The notes under the pieces are model-generated. The model worked only from the letters and a program-made list of their open reading frames with translations, made no database searches and had not been told where the DNA came from. Made by a program: the position numbers and the translations under genes. From a virus: 64,000 nucleotides of DNA. Positions 11,301 through 20,725 of this stretch are shown piece by piece. Each line of letters opens with the position of its first letter. Position 1 is the first letter of the stretch. Location of the stretch: IMG/VR virus record IMGVR_UViG_3300023179_000057, positions 27,655 through 91,654 of that record. One strand, given 5' to 3'.

Positions 11301-11390
11301 GCTAGTTCAAATGCCAACGATATTGCTAGAGCCGTAATGAGAGAGATTAAAAATGTTGACTCACAAAGAGTTAGAGGGCAGAGACGATAA
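5355..11390 (+). CDS. Tape measure protein
   Basis: 2011 aa, Ala/Gln-rich helical; TP901-type core (GANALKS, AIEQMFGK), hydrophobic segments, DxVPAMLxPGExV motifs. Confidence 0.95.
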   Translation: MADVNANIDINIDSSNALAQLKALQRQISQFHTSIARSSEAAALAQKGLQKNLLNSINAIGAFTAEMRTVRTSAESFTDSLEKNKFSMREYFRYAGASTKTFGRLFKSEFDTIGKVAEERVKRLQTQYIKMGRDTNGAMRAIAVMPTQLNMNDYTTQVQMAAQKQALFNQLMKQGSTNLLNFGKNTQWAGRQLMVGFTLPLMAVGTAATKTFMDMEAQALRFRKVYGDLFTPQEETKQVLDNITELGKQFTKYGVAVSTTVGLAAEAAAAGFQGLDLQRQTTEATRLSILGQIDSQKALETTISLQNAFGMSSEKLADAINFLNAVENQTVVSLDDITTAIPKVAPVIQQLGGDVRDLTFFMAAMKEGGINASEGANALKSGLAALINPTKKASEMLAGFGINATAIVEKNKGNLKATVVEFANALNALDPLSRARAIEQMFGKFQFARLSTLFANVAKDGNQAARVLDLANSSVEELSALSEQELGMTADSAMNKFKKTVEDLKVALVPVGQAFLEAVTPIIDFVGNVLERFANLSSGTKRLITLLTVGIGAVGPVLLMTFGLLANGIANIIKLFLTLRGGYQRLTGQTQILGEQTQYMTSEQLDAASAAHSLDQTHAKLTQTFTAEATAINQLIQAYTSAAGAARNFAMNNPGMMLPGRGAKRLASGIVSVPGPKGAGDVVPAMLSPGEAVIPTDMAKKYAPLINGMIADKIPGFQVGKGFKNATMFLPEGINTAMGDPRGRGVSASAVSQYLGSAGGGVMGPLLAVIGREIKVGINNPKFKSEFIEVANLFTKTATDALNQSGREFIKDADLEEIVVPALRDAAKGIKIAGKDIDVALENAINQIRTVGPVGVGSGSMGGIGRTALPGSYRGARKAAQQFALSQNPEMFRQTERFSQSKGKTLKSFQTLDPMLNQWQVATMSHITTSITASAEELTRQMTPYLGDVGAKVTEAITKNVTSGAIKQAKVASPSRETEMVGASIGQGFIVGGKQYIDDAKVVGQQLGAGMVQTASGLFVPGGAVGQPPRTTGAGVPLSVITENARRNREQLLATQQQRRTAAMNARMNSLNKAFMSGTFALSALSGVASMAGGNLGKFSEILFQISGPLFALSSVIQLLTGEKIVGLISRFKVAFGLTSVALLAGVGIIKLINSAREKELEYIYGLSNAMKTTTDQVKTLGDFFGVVPTKLPFEGRNREIVRKDVRTARDRLRADESFQKQFALQINTLSKATAQQAQLAFTSLALNLRAQGFAEEQVQTIIDALREEAGKTDVKLDVKSINFSPESIKNIQAQIKPLTDNLAEQVEKGLTKTVVVSAGKAGARTYTTQTKEATKALSEFSTFSSEVAKSAAGMFRLGIIDGKQFEEGIYGILGAVEGLDEISRRTALLELFKKLDMDAKPFLSTLYTVKQEMMLVALLSAGVLGKDSPIIKALSSSDLKTRTRGINGLTKAFENLFGAITDVNNADKDTDGGPGGAGKLNALQERIKAIQQQTQAFIILRNAKIDEKTATELSNDAEIASLVIANSKGKSLKQIIALVKEYKKALADQTKAEFQYMSGPNLFKAQLERAQAQANLREKLIDMQFAPQIKKENDALAVQEKRLADVNKQIENVTRSQIEPIQAVIDSNNLALEKIALQEDAINEKYNKQIEALDKIATINQDIANIQKQRLSIADALTRGDISTAAQLAQEARVEQAQSSVTGQKEALTVTRDAQIAALGRNALEKQNKELQLQINIIEATQLKTLESQKQTIESTIESINLNITALNEQVRVTKEGYVYAKGTKEEMDNLDTLIQLATAAGIPFTAQLLEQSKNAQSLAAALGAALAAQKALGSGATTLPEIMAGAKAGTITSQTITPEQKAVVLQGIKQTIAKVNTTVAKLKKTIGKNYGGIVPKYMTNGGRAMGSDTVPAMLTPGEFVVNKAATKAYRPLLERINESKYPGMLGRGGMTQIPVSNISTSVSDNSTAVYNYNLGFSINGASSNANDIARAVMREIKNVDSQRVRGQRR

Positions 11391-12025
11391 TGGCTACTAG
11401 TGCTTATTTAACAGGTAGACGCAGGTATACAAGACCGCAGGGTATCCTATGGGCAAATAACGCTGGAACCCTCTCTAATGGCTTATACGTGCCCAATGGC
11501 ATAGAGGTGGGGGCAGACACAGAAGAGACAGATCCAAACCTACTAGATCAATTCATTATTTTATCTGATCATAATAGAGGGGACATGCAATTTAATACCC
11601 AAAGAATTGAGCAACGTCAAAGAACCATTAATGGCCGTATGCGTTCATACCACATTGCAGATAAACTGACTATGTCTGTATCTTGGAATATGTTGCCTTC
11701 ACGAGGGTATTCAGGATTGGCTAACTTTAATACAACAACAGGAGTATCACCAAGCGAAGGATCTACAACAGAGTACACAGCAGATGGCGGTGCAGGTGGA
11801 GTAGAACTTCTTGACTGGTATGAGACACATCAGGGTCCTTTTTGGATGTACCTTGCCTATGATAAATATACAAACTTAGAAGGTCAGGGTTATCAATATA
11901 CTGGTTTGAACAGATATAATCAAATTATTCAAGTTTATTTTGCAGACTTTAATTATTCCGTCGTAAAACGTGGAGCAACAAATCATGATCTTTGGAACAT
12001 ATCGGTAACACTGGAAGAAGTTTAA
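11390..12025 (+). CDS. Distal tail / minor tail protein
   Basis: First gene after TMP; RTINGRMR...WNISVTLEEV. Confidence 0.65.
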   Translation: MATSAYLTGRRRYTRPQGILWANNAGTLSNGLYVPNGIEVGADTEETDPNLLDQFIILSDHNRGDMQFNTQRIEQRQRTINGRMRSYHIADKLTMSVSWNMLPSRGYSGLANFNTTTGVSPSEGSTTEYTADGGAGGVELLDWYETHQGPFWMYLAYDKYTNLEGQGYQYTGLNRYNQIIQVYFADFNYSVVKRGATNHDLWNISVTLEEV

Positions 12026-15000
12026 ATGTTTGAAAGTACTGAATTAAAAAATCACTTTGAAACATCTGCAACAATACAGACAGAGTCATTAGTTCTGGCT
12101 GAGTGGAATATGAATATGCCAGATAATATATTTAAACTTGGCAACTACAGATACAGATCTCAAGAACAAAATTCTCAGTTTTTAACATTACCAAATACAT
12201 TTGATAGCGCAGATACTGGAGAATATTACACTGGTGCAACAGATGCTGATGTTGTTATTGATGGGGGGCTTGAAAATAATAATACTCCACAAATTTTTAC
12301 ATCTACAAAAGAAAAACTAAAACTACTATACTCTTTAGAAGATTGCGTAAAACCATTTAGACCAAGATCTGGTATTAATAAAGCAACAGCATTTAAAGGA
12401 AAGTATTTAGCAAACTCTGGTAGCGACTTGGCAAGAAGACCAAGATATTATATGGCGTCACGCTATGATCAATTTAAATACTGGACTTCTTTTAGAACCG
12501 AAGAAGGAATTGAGCGAGGTATTGCTAAAACATTAAATAATGGAACTTACTATATAGACGATACAGTTCCTTTTGTTGTTTATAAAAATAATGTACCAAC
12601 AAATAGAATTATTGTTAAAATGCAAACACATGTTGGAGATATAGACCTTGGAGATTTTACAGACATATCAAAAACATTTGCAGATCCATTTTATGGAAAT
12701 TCTAATAAATCAACTCCAACAAGATGGAAAATTCAATATCTTAATGGAAACAATTGGATAGATGCTTATGTATTTAATGATGGTGATACTCGTGATGATG
12801 GCTCTGCGATAATTAAACATGATGGATATGTTGAATTACAATACGCATTAAAAAATATTCCAGATGCTTTTAAAGAAACATTTATTCATTCAAATATATA
12901 CTCTTCAGATACACTGTTACCAACAGAATCAACAAATGGTTATGCCTACTTAGTTATTGAAAATGAAGGAGATGTTGGAACATACCATATTTGGAACGGT
13001 ACAACAGAAGAATATGACACATTTGAACCAGTATATGGATGGGTATTAGGCAATGAACAAATAGACAATAAAACAACATTTGTTACTGATTTAACAAACC
13101 CATCATCATTTGAAGAGCCTACAAATGGAGAAACCACATATAGAGAGTTTCAAAATATACGTGGTTTGAGAGTTGTTATAGAAAGAATGAATAAGGCTGA
13201 CTCTACATTTGATCTAATTGAAATGTCTCCAAGATTGGTTGTGAATATATCTGATAAAACAATAGAATATAGCATTAAAAAAATTCTTTCAGACCTTGGC
13301 AATTCTGCACTACCAGTAGGACAATTATTAGCATCAACTGGAACAATATCTTTGTTTGATGATGATCAAGCATTTAATGATAATAATACAACTAGTATTG
13401 TAAAAGATTATATTCGTAAGAATATTAAATTTAATTTTTATGAAAAAATATTAAATGTAAGTGGATATGACTATTGGGTTCCAATTAAAACTTTATACTC
13501 TGATGGCTTTCCACAAGCAGACGTTACTGGCGGAACATTAGAAATATCACTAAGAGATTTTTATTTCTTTTTAGAATCAATGCCCGCACCAAGAATGCTT
13601 GTAACAGAAGTATCTCTTAGTTATGCAATTAGTTTAATTCTTGATTATATTGGTTTTAGTAATTATGCTTTTTATAGAACAACAAATGAACCAGATCCAA
13701 TAATTCCATATTTTTTTATTGCACCAGATCAAACAGTAGCGGAAGTATTAAATCAGTTAGCAGTATCAACACAAACTGCAATGTTCTTTGATGAATACAA
13801 TAACTTTATAGTAATGAGCAAAAACTATATATTGCCAGATGAAGATGATAGAGAGTTTAATATAATCTTGTCTGGCTCAACAAATCAATCAGTAAGTGGT
13901 ATTATTGAAAATCAAACATCTGGAACATTGCCTAATATTATTTCAATTGCTTCAGAAGATAAAAAAGTTTATAATAATGGAAAAATAAATTATACAACCA
14001 GATATATTCAAAGATCTTATGGCTCAGTTCGTCAAGCAAGCATGATAGATAGAGATAAGACATGGATATATAAGCCAGCATTGTTATGGGAAGTATCTGG
14101 AAGCGATTCTACTAAAACAATAAATGAAGTTGCATCTAAGCAGGGTAAGTATGTTCTTGGTGCAATGCCATTAAATTCTGATTTATCAAGCGCAGTTCCA
14201 ACAGTAGTTAATCGTAAAATGCAAAACAACGTTTTAGATCTTGGCGAAAATGTTTATTGGCTTACAAGATATCAAGGATATTTTTATTCTAATGGAGAAA
14301 TTATTAGATATGATGCTGCTCAATTTAACGTTACCCTTGCAATTTGGTACCCAATTCTATCTGACGGAATTAACTTAGATGAAACTAAGCCACAAATAGT
14401 TTTGCCTGGTAGATTAGCACCAAATAGTATTATTGATAATTTAGATAAACAAGTTGCTAATGGAGAGATTACAGAAGCACAAAAGGGTGAAGCAATACAG
14501 GCTTGGAGGGTTTCACATAGACAAGGAACTAGCAATGTTTGGATTACAAGCAACCAAGAGTATCAGAATTATTTTAAATCACTACCATTTAATGGAAAAA
14601 TTTATCCAACTGGCTTGGTTAGAATTTATTCTATTCCTTACTATGAAACAATTGAAGGAGTAACTCGTTTACAAAATGGAGCAGTCGTTGAGCATGGTCG
14701 TGGTCAATTTGGAACTCCTATAACAAGTCATTCTGCAGGAATAAGTTCTTATTGGTCAAATAATGATTATGTTAAAGGTTGTGAAATGAAAACTAATTAT
14801 TTATTTACAACAACTTTGCTTGAAGATATATCTTTACCAGCAACAACAACTGGAGCAGCAGGAGTTAATAATACAAAAGCAAGACAAACATCAAGAGGCG
14901 GAACAATTAAAAACTTTATGTCTTCTAGTTATGGAACAGAAACTTCTGTTAATAGTTCTTTATCAACTCAAACTGGAACAATTCAATCTTCTGCTTTGGT

Positions 15001-16534
15001 AATGAATGGTCCATCATTTGAAACAACAGAAACTCCTATTAATTTGGTTTCTTATGTATATAAAGAATTAGATAATGCTTATAGACATTTTGGAGCAAGA
15101 GTTAGAATTATTGGAAAAATAGAAAATAATGAAAATCGTTCACAAACTCCAACAGGAAGCGCAACGTATTATCAAGTTGCTGGAGTTCAACCAGATCAAA
15201 ATGTGAGCATTGGTGGTGGCTCTGGTGGAATTGCGGTATTATTAAATCCAACAACAAATAATGGATATTACTTTGAAATAGTTGCGTTAACTGAAAATAA
15301 CGTAGAGTCATATTTAAAATTAGATAAAAATAATCAATCTGATATATCTATAAACAATGTTGTTTTTTATAAAATTAAAAAAGATTTATCAAACAATGAT
15401 GCAATACCAATTAAATTATGGGGTGGGCTATCAAAGATTACAGTTGATGATGGTAGATTTACTGGACAATACAGAATGGTTGGTGAGGAAAATCCAACGG
15501 TGTATGATTTAGCAGTAGAATATCAAGACATAGGAAAAATCAGAAGATTCTTTTTATATATTAACAATCAATTAATTAAAGTAATAGATGATCCAGATCC
15601 ACTTCCTATTTATAATAATATGGCTCCCTTTGTTCGTGGATCTTCTAGACTTATGTTTGAAAATATTTATGCACTATCGGAAAATTATTCTCAAAATACC
15701 GTCTTTACAGTTGGAGAAACTTTGTCATCTGCCTTTGGTGATAAAGAAATAACTGCTAATGAATCAATTAGAAAATATGCAATGAATGGAATTATTCAAT
15801 CAACTTATTTGTCTGGAATTAGTGCTCAACAACCACCAAAATATAATATGTATTTTGAAGAATTTGGTTCAATCATGAGAGAATGTTCTTATTTTGACAT
15901 TAAATATGATCGTGCCTATCCAGCACTTTATGCTCAACTATCACCAACATTTAATGAAATAAAAAATTATGTAACATCTGGATTTTATGCTGACTCATAT
16001 GGCGCAGAATTTTTAATATTTAATGCTACAGATACAGCCTTAAACCTTGATGAAACTACTGGAAATTATTTAAGAATTCAAGGTATTACATTTACCCAAG
16101 ATACAACACATGAATTAACTGTTGACGAATATTTTAAAAAACGAAGTAACTTTGCTGATCCAGAATTAACTGCATCTTCTCAGATTATTTCTCCACTTAT
16201 TGAAAAAGAAAAATATGACAATATTAAAAGAAGCAGAATGATATATGGAAATAATGAATTTACATTAGATACTCCATATATACAAACTCAAGATGATGCA
16301 GAAAGCCTAATGGGTTGGCTAATTAACAAATTAATGGTTCCTAAAAAATCAATAGGAATTAAAGTTTTTGCAACACCAACAATTCAACTTGGAGATATTG
16401 TAAAAGTTAATTATAAAAACTCTAACAATTTAGATTTAGTTACATCAGATACTAAAAGATTTGTAGTATATAATATTGAATATGCTAGAAGACTTACTGG
16501 ACCAGACATGATACTTTATTTGGCAGAGGTGTAA
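12026..16534 (+). CDS. Large minor tail (hub/Tal-like) protein
   Basis: 1502 aa; FFDEYNNF and C-terminal PTIQLGDIVKV hub motifs; synteny. Confidence 0.7.
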   Translation: MFESTELKNHFETSATIQTESLVLAEWNMNMPDNIFKLGNYRYRSQEQNSQFLTLPNTFDSADTGEYYTGATDADVVIDGGLENNNTPQIFTSTKEKLKLLYSLEDCVKPFRPRSGINKATAFKGKYLANSGSDLARRPRYYMASRYDQFKYWTSFRTEEGIERGIAKTLNNGTYYIDDTVPFVVYKNNVPTNRIIVKMQTHVGDIDLGDFTDISKTFADPFYGNSNKSTPTRWKIQYLNGNNWIDAYVFNDGDTRDDGSAIIKHDGYVELQYALKNIPDAFKETFIHSNIYSSDTLLPTESTNGYAYLVIENEGDVGTYHIWNGTTEEYDTFEPVYGWVLGNEQIDNKTTFVTDLTNPSSFEEPTNGETTYREFQNIRGLRVVIERMNKADSTFDLIEMSPRLVVNISDKTIEYSIKKILSDLGNSALPVGQLLASTGTISLFDDDQAFNDNNTTSIVKDYIRKNIKFNFYEKILNVSGYDYWVPIKTLYSDGFPQADVTGGTLEISLRDFYFFLESMPAPRMLVTEVSLSYAISLILDYIGFSNYAFYRTTNEPDPIIPYFFIAPDQTVAEVLNQLAVSTQTAMFFDEYNNFIVMSKNYILPDEDDREFNIILSGSTNQSVSGIIENQTSGTLPNIISIASEDKKVYNNGKINYTTRYIQRSYGSVRQASMIDRDKTWIYKPALLWEVSGSDSTKTINEVASKQGKYVLGAMPLNSDLSSAVPTVVNRKMQNNVLDLGENVYWLTRYQGYFYSNGEIIRYDAAQFNVTLAIWYPILSDGINLDETKPQIVLPGRLAPNSIIDNLDKQVANGEITEAQKGEAIQAWRVSHRQGTSNVWITSNQEYQNYFKSLPFNGKIYPTGLVRIYSIPYYETIEGVTRLQNGAVVEHGRGQFGTPITSHSAGISSYWSNNDYVKGCEMKTNYLFTTTLLEDISLPATTTGAAGVNNTKARQTSRGGTIKNFMSSSYGTETSVNSSLSTQTGTIQSSALVMNGPSFETTETPINLVSYVYKELDNAYRHFGARVRIIGKIENNENRSQTPTGSATYYQVAGVQPDQNVSIGGGSGGIAVLLNPTTNNGYYFEIVALTENNVESYLKLDKNNQSDISINNVVFYKIKKDLSNNDAIPIKLWGGLSKITVDDGRFTGQYRMVGEENPTVYDLAVEYQDIGKIRRFFLYINNQLIKVIDDPDPLPIYNNMAPFVRGSSRLMFENIYALSENYSQNTVFTVGETLSSAFGDKEITANESIRKYAMNGIIQSTYLSGISAQQPPKYNMYFEEFGSIMRECSYFDIKYDRAYPALYAQLSPTFNEIKNYVTSGFYADSYGAEFLIFNATDTALNLDETTGNYLRIQGITFTQDTTHELTVDEYFKKRSNFADPELTASSQIISPLIEKEKYDNIKRSRMIYGNNEFTLDTPYIQTQDDAESLMGWLINKLMVPKKSIGIKVFATPTIQLGDIVKVNYKNSNNLDLVTSDTKRFVVYNIEYARRLTGPDMILYLAEV

Positions 16535-16535
16535 C

Positions 16536-17369
16536 ATGGGTGCTTTTGATAGTTTATATATGCCTAAAGCAAGTTCTGGAGATGTTGTTAGTAATGAAAT
16601 AGATGCTGCTAAAACGGCAGAAGCAATTTCAATAGTTGGAGCAGCAGAGGTAGAACGTAGAGGCGGAGTAAATGCTCAAGGATATTTTAACGATGTTCCT
16701 GCATATCAACAATTAACAGCAAACGAAAGAGCAAAAGTAACGCTAGAAAATGGCCACATAAATACTATGGCAATGCTTGCAATGTTAGAAGACAAAGAAA
16801 GAAAACATTTTGGAAGATCTTTAGACTCTGGAGTTATAAAGGCAGAAGCCCCACCATCTGTAAACATTACAGCAACGCCTATGGCGCCAGAACCAGAATC
16901 ATTTGCTTTAAGAAGTTTTGCTGCACCAGAACCAGTAAAAACAGCAACCCTTGATATTATTTTATTTGATGATGAGTCCGTTCCTGTAGATGGAATGTTT
17001 GATTTAATATTTGAAAATATAGGTGGACAAGAATTAATTAATATTACAAGATCTGATATTGTTAATGGTCAAAAAATATCTTATCAACCAATTAAAAATT
17101 TATCTATAATTCAGCAACGGTATAATCCAAATAATATTCTAAGCCTTCAGCAAACCGCAGATAAATACTTTGCTGGATTTTCTATTAAACTAGAAGACAA
17201 GATCCCATACGAAGGAAATGGAACAAATGGAGAAAACCTTTATTTTGATGAAGATACTGGTGATTTAATTATTGAGTTTGTTAATATAAACAATGATGAA
17301 CAAATTGAGACACAAATTACCCTAGGTGGTACAATATATAATATAGATCTTGGAGAAAATATTTCATGA
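16536..17369 (+). CDS. Minor tail protein, putative
   Basis: Synteny in tail operon. Confidence 0.5.
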   Translation: MGAFDSLYMPKASSGDVVSNEIDAAKTAEAISIVGAAEVERRGGVNAQGYFNDVPAYQQLTANERAKVTLENGHINTMAMLAMLEDKERKHFGRSLDSGVIKAEAPPSVNITATPMAPEPESFALRSFAAPEPVKTATLDIILFDDESVPVDGMFDLIFENIGGQELINITRSDIVNGQKISYQPIKNLSIIQQRYNPNNILSLQQTADKYFAGFSIKLEDKIPYEGNGTNGENLYFDEDTGDLIIEFVNINNDEQIETQITLGGTIYNIDLGENIS

Positions 17370-18526
17370 TTACTAATACTGGTAAATCTATTATTGCTAA
17401 ATACCTGCTTGGACAAGCGCCAGCCTATGCCTCATATATTGCTGTTGGTTGTGGTGCTACCCCGCTTACAACTGGAGATCCAATAGGAGATTACTCTGCA
17501 AAAATAAACTTAGATTTTGAAATGTTTCGTGTTCCAATTTCATCAAGAGGCTTTGTAAATGAAAATGGTTTAGATAAAATAGTTTTAACAGCAGAATTAC
17601 CAACGGAAGAAAGATATGAAATATCAGAAGTTGGAATATATTCTGCAGGATCAAATCCATCTGCTGGCGCATATGATAGTAAAACTGTTTTTGCATTTAC
17701 GCAAACAGAAAATTGGCAACATCATACAGCAGAAGCAGCAGTAGCCATTGATACATTTTCTGCTGCATTAGATGAACCGTTATATGATAATGTTATTGCA
17801 ATTACAGATCCAGTATTTCAAACAAATGCGGATAATCCAATATTTTTTAAATCTCCAAGACCTGAAAGATATGAAAGACCAAGATTTTTAAATAACATAA
17901 TATTAATTCAAGGTGATGACGCTGACATAACAATTAATGAAGAAAGTGGTGCAGCACAAGATCATTTTGTAATAGAGGCTGGATCAAATCATATTCACTT
18001 AACTGGTGCCAGCGTTGATTTTACAAGAAACTCTCCAACAGATGAATTACGTTTAGCATTTTCGTTAATAAACAAAGATGGAAACGCTGGAGCAACACCA
18101 GAAAATGTTAGAATAATGGTAGAGTTTGCATCAACAGAAACAGAAACCGCAGAATACGCAAGATTTGAAGCAGAAGTTATTGATGATAGTAGTGGAGGAG
18201 CCTACGATTTTTCTACTGAAAGATATTTTGTTGTAACAAAACAACTTCAAGAATTATATACTAGTGCAAACTTTACATGGAATGCTGTTACAGTAGTTAA
18301 AATATACGCTTGCGTTATTGATGCTGGAGTTCCATCTAGCAATTATTATGTAGCACTAGATGCAATGAGATTAGAAAATGTTTCTACACTAAATCCACTC
18401 TATGGATTAACAGGATATTCAGTTATTCAAACTCAAGATGCATCAACAATTGTAAAGAGTTCTAATACTAGTAATTATATTGAGTTTAGATTTTCAGTAG
18501 ATGTTTCTGGCGGAGTAATATCATAA
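17366..18526 (+). CDS. Tail tip/baseplate-associated protein
   Basis: N-terminal MITNTGK...YIAVG.G...ISEVGIY pattern of tail-collar/fibre attachment proteins. Confidence 0.6.
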   Translation: MITNTGKSIIAKYLLGQAPAYASYIAVGCGATPLTTGDPIGDYSAKINLDFEMFRVPISSRGFVNENGLDKIVLTAELPTEERYEISEVGIYSAGSNPSAGAYDSKTVFAFTQTENWQHHTAEAAVAIDTFSAALDEPLYDNVIAITDPVFQTNADNPIFFKSPRPERYERPRFLNNIILIQGDDADITINEESGAAQDHFVIEAGSNHIHLTGASVDFTRNSPTDELRLAFSLINKDGNAGATPENVRIMVEFASTETETAEYARFEAEVIDDSSGGAYDFSTERYFVVTKQLQELYTSANFTWNAVTVVKIYACVIDAGVPSSNYYVALDAMRLENVSTLNPLYGLTGYSVIQTQDASTIVKSSNTSNYIEFRFSVDVSGGVIS

Positions 18527-19026
18527 TGCCAGACCAAGGAATAAAAAAAATAAGAATAAAACAACAAGACCTTCCTTCTATAGATATAAATGAAGAAGGT
18601 TATATATTAAGATATAGAGTTGTTTCAGAAGATAAAAACCGTACATCACAGTGGTCTCCAATATCTATTATTCAACCAAATTATACTTATGTTCCTGGTT
18701 CAATAGCGTTTAACAAGGCTGGAGATGTTGCTTCGCTTGCTTGGGACTCAGTTTCAATACAAATAGATGGTAATGAAATAAGAAAAGCCCATGAGTTTGA
18801 TATATGGCTTAAGTGGCATAGAAGTGATAATGGAGATTGGATATATAAGCAAAGAATTGATGGTGGAAATATTTCTTTCCCAATTCCCAACACATATACA
18901 ATAAATGGAACTGTACAAGGTTCACCACCAAATAGACTTAATGCAGAAATATACTTAAAGGGTATTCCAATCACAAGAGACTCTGAATTTTTATTAGTTT
19001 ATGAAGATGGTCCACATACCGTTTAA
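18526..19026 (+). CDS. Minor tail protein, FN3-like beta domain
   Basis: RYRVVSEDKNRTSQWS FN3-like strand; synteny. Confidence 0.45.
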   Translation: MPDQGIKKIRIKQQDLPSIDINEEGYILRYRVVSEDKNRTSQWSPISIIQPNYTYVPGSIAFNKAGDVASLAWDSVSIQIDGNEIRKAHEFDIWLKWHRSDNGDWIYKQRIDGGNISFPIPNTYTINGTVQGSPPNRLNAEIYLKGIPITRDSEFLLVYEDGPHTV

Positions 19027-19051
19027 TGATATACTTTAATAGGAGGAAATA

Positions 19052-19492
19052 ATGGCAAAAGTACCACTACCAGAACGAGGTCAACCACTTGATGTCACAT
19101 ATTTATATCAATTAGTTGAAGCAGTTAATGATCTTTCTACTAATGTTGCTTCAAAGCAAACTAGTAAAACTATAATTGATACCGCCTCTGCAGGTAAAGT
19201 TCCAGTTCAAACCTCTAACACCAGAGTTATAGGTGGCTTGGTTGAAGTAGCAAATAACTCAACAGTTTCGGCGGGTAACGAAAAAACATTTACTTATGAT
19301 TTTCAAGACTTTAAATACCCACCAATAGTATCAGCAACTCCAGTTAATACTGGACAAACTCCAGCAGGACAAAACGTAAATGTTATTTTAAAGAGCGTTA
19401 CAGAAACAAGGGTTGAAGGTATTGTAAGGTTTGGTACTTCTGGTGACTTATCTTTAGCAGTACATTTAATAATTATTGGTATTCCAAACTAG
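19052..19492 (+). CDS. Small virion/tail-fibre-type protein
   Basis: AGGAGG RBS; C-terminal F..PPIVSAT...HLIIIG beta-sandwich like fibre tip domains. Confidence 0.45.
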   Translation: MAKVPLPERGQPLDVTYLYQLVEAVNDLSTNVASKQTSKTIIDTASAGKVPVQTSNTRVIGGLVEVANNSTVSAGNEKTFTYDFQDFKYPPIVSATPVNTGQTPAGQNVNVILKSVTETRVEGIVRFGTSGDLSLAVHLIIIGIPN

Positions 19493-19504
19493 AGGTAAAA
19501 ATTA

Positions 19505-19696
19505 ATGATTTCTTGCAAAAAATGCAAGGGTAGAGTATTTGTTGACAGACAATACAGTAGTACCCAACATTTAGAGACGTACTGCTTAGTATGTGGAGAA
19601 AGGCAGTTTTATCATCCGCCAACAGAAAGCGAAGAAGGAAAATGGTTACTAGCAAAGGAATTATTCAGGGCGAAATTTACAATAACGAAACTGTAA
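19505..19696 (+). CDS. Small zinc-ribbon protein
   Basis: CKKC...CLVCG. Confidence 0.6.
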   Translation: MISCKKCKGRVFVDRQYSSTQHLETYCLVCGERQFYHPPTESEEGKWLLAKELFRAKFTITKL

Positions 19697-20184
19697 TAAA
19701 GGGTAATAAAAAGATATGGTTTCTTAATGGAGATTTGGTAAGGCTACACCATAGTTCAAGATCTACTGGAATGGTTTCTGTTTATAATATTACTAAAGAT
19801 AGAATTGAAACTTGTTTACGTTCTGATTTTAGAAAAAATAGAGAACGTGCATACACTGTTGCAGAGACTGCTAAATTAATTAATCGTCATAGAAAATATA
19901 TGCCAAAGTTAATTAAAAATGGAATGATTCCGCCACCAATTGGAGCAAGATTAAATGGACAAAGAGGTTGGCAAATAAGATCTTATTATTCAGAAAGCAT
20001 GGTTAGGGAGATTCGTGCTATACTGGCTACTATACACATAGGACAACCAAGAAAAGACGGATTAATAACAAATAATATGACACCTACAAGCCAAGAATTG
20101 ACAAGACGAATGGGTGACGGTATACTTACATATACAAAGACCGAAGATGGTAGATTTATTCCTGTGTGGGCAGAGAATATTTAA
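19642..20184 (+). CDS. HTH (MerR-like) DNA-binding protein
   Basis: YTVAETAKLINRH...RSYYSE; ATG at 19642 more plausible than 19591. Confidence 0.55.
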   Translation: MVTSKGIIQGEIYNNETVIKGNKKIWFLNGDLVRLHHSSRSTGMVSVYNITKDRIETCLRSDFRKNRERAYTVAETAKLINRHRKYMPKLIKNGMIPPPIGARLNGQRGWQIRSYYSESMVREIRAILATIHIGQPRKDGLITNNMTPTSQELTRRMGDGILTYTKTEDGRFIPVWAENI

Positions 20185-20202
20185 AGTTAGAAAAGGTGGG
20201 GT

Positions 20203-20415
20203 ATGGAAGAAAATAACACAACAAAGGTATCAGCAACACTTGGATATACATTAAATCTAGGTAATTTTGAATCATTAAGAGTTGATCTTGGCATTACAGA
20301 TTATGTTCGTCAAGGTGAAAATATTAAACAGGCACAAGATCGTGTTTATAAAACTGTTGAAACTCAATTGATTGAAAAGGTAAACGAAGCAAAGGTTCAG
20401 TTGGCTTCAAAATAA
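20203..20415 (+). CDS. Conserved phage hypothetical protein
   Basis: GYTLNLGNFESLRVD; AGGTGGGG RBS. Confidence 0.55.
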   Translation: MEENNTTKVSATLGYTLNLGNFESLRVDLGITDYVRQGENIKQAQDRVYKTVETQLIEKVNEAKVQLASK

Positions 20416-20416
20416 T

Positions 20417-20725
20417 ATGGCTGATCGCAAAGAACGTATGGCTTTGCTTAGTCGTTATAATAAACTTCATTTGCAAAGATATGAAAAAAGGTCTTTAATG
20501 AATCTTAATGTTGAGCAATGGGCAGCAGATGGGGTTATTGATTCTTATGGTTTGTCACAGTGCTATGATTTATTAGATTATTATTTTAATGTTGCTACTG
20601 TTCCTAGTTGGAGTTACTTTGCGTACAACGCAGAAAAAATATTGGAAGCAAAGATAGAAAAAGAGCAGGATAAAAAAGAAAGAGAAGAGCGTAGGCAATT
20701 AGGAAAAAAGTGGTTAAATGAATAA
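20417..20725 (+). CDS. Hypothetical protein (possible helicase-associated factor)
   Basis: Overlaps dnaB start; synteny only. Confidence 0.45.
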   Translation: MADRKERMALLSRYNKLHLQRYEKRSLMNLNVEQWAADGVIDSYGLSQCYDLLDYYFNVATVPSWSYFAYNAEKILEAKIEKEQDKKEREERRQLGKKWLNE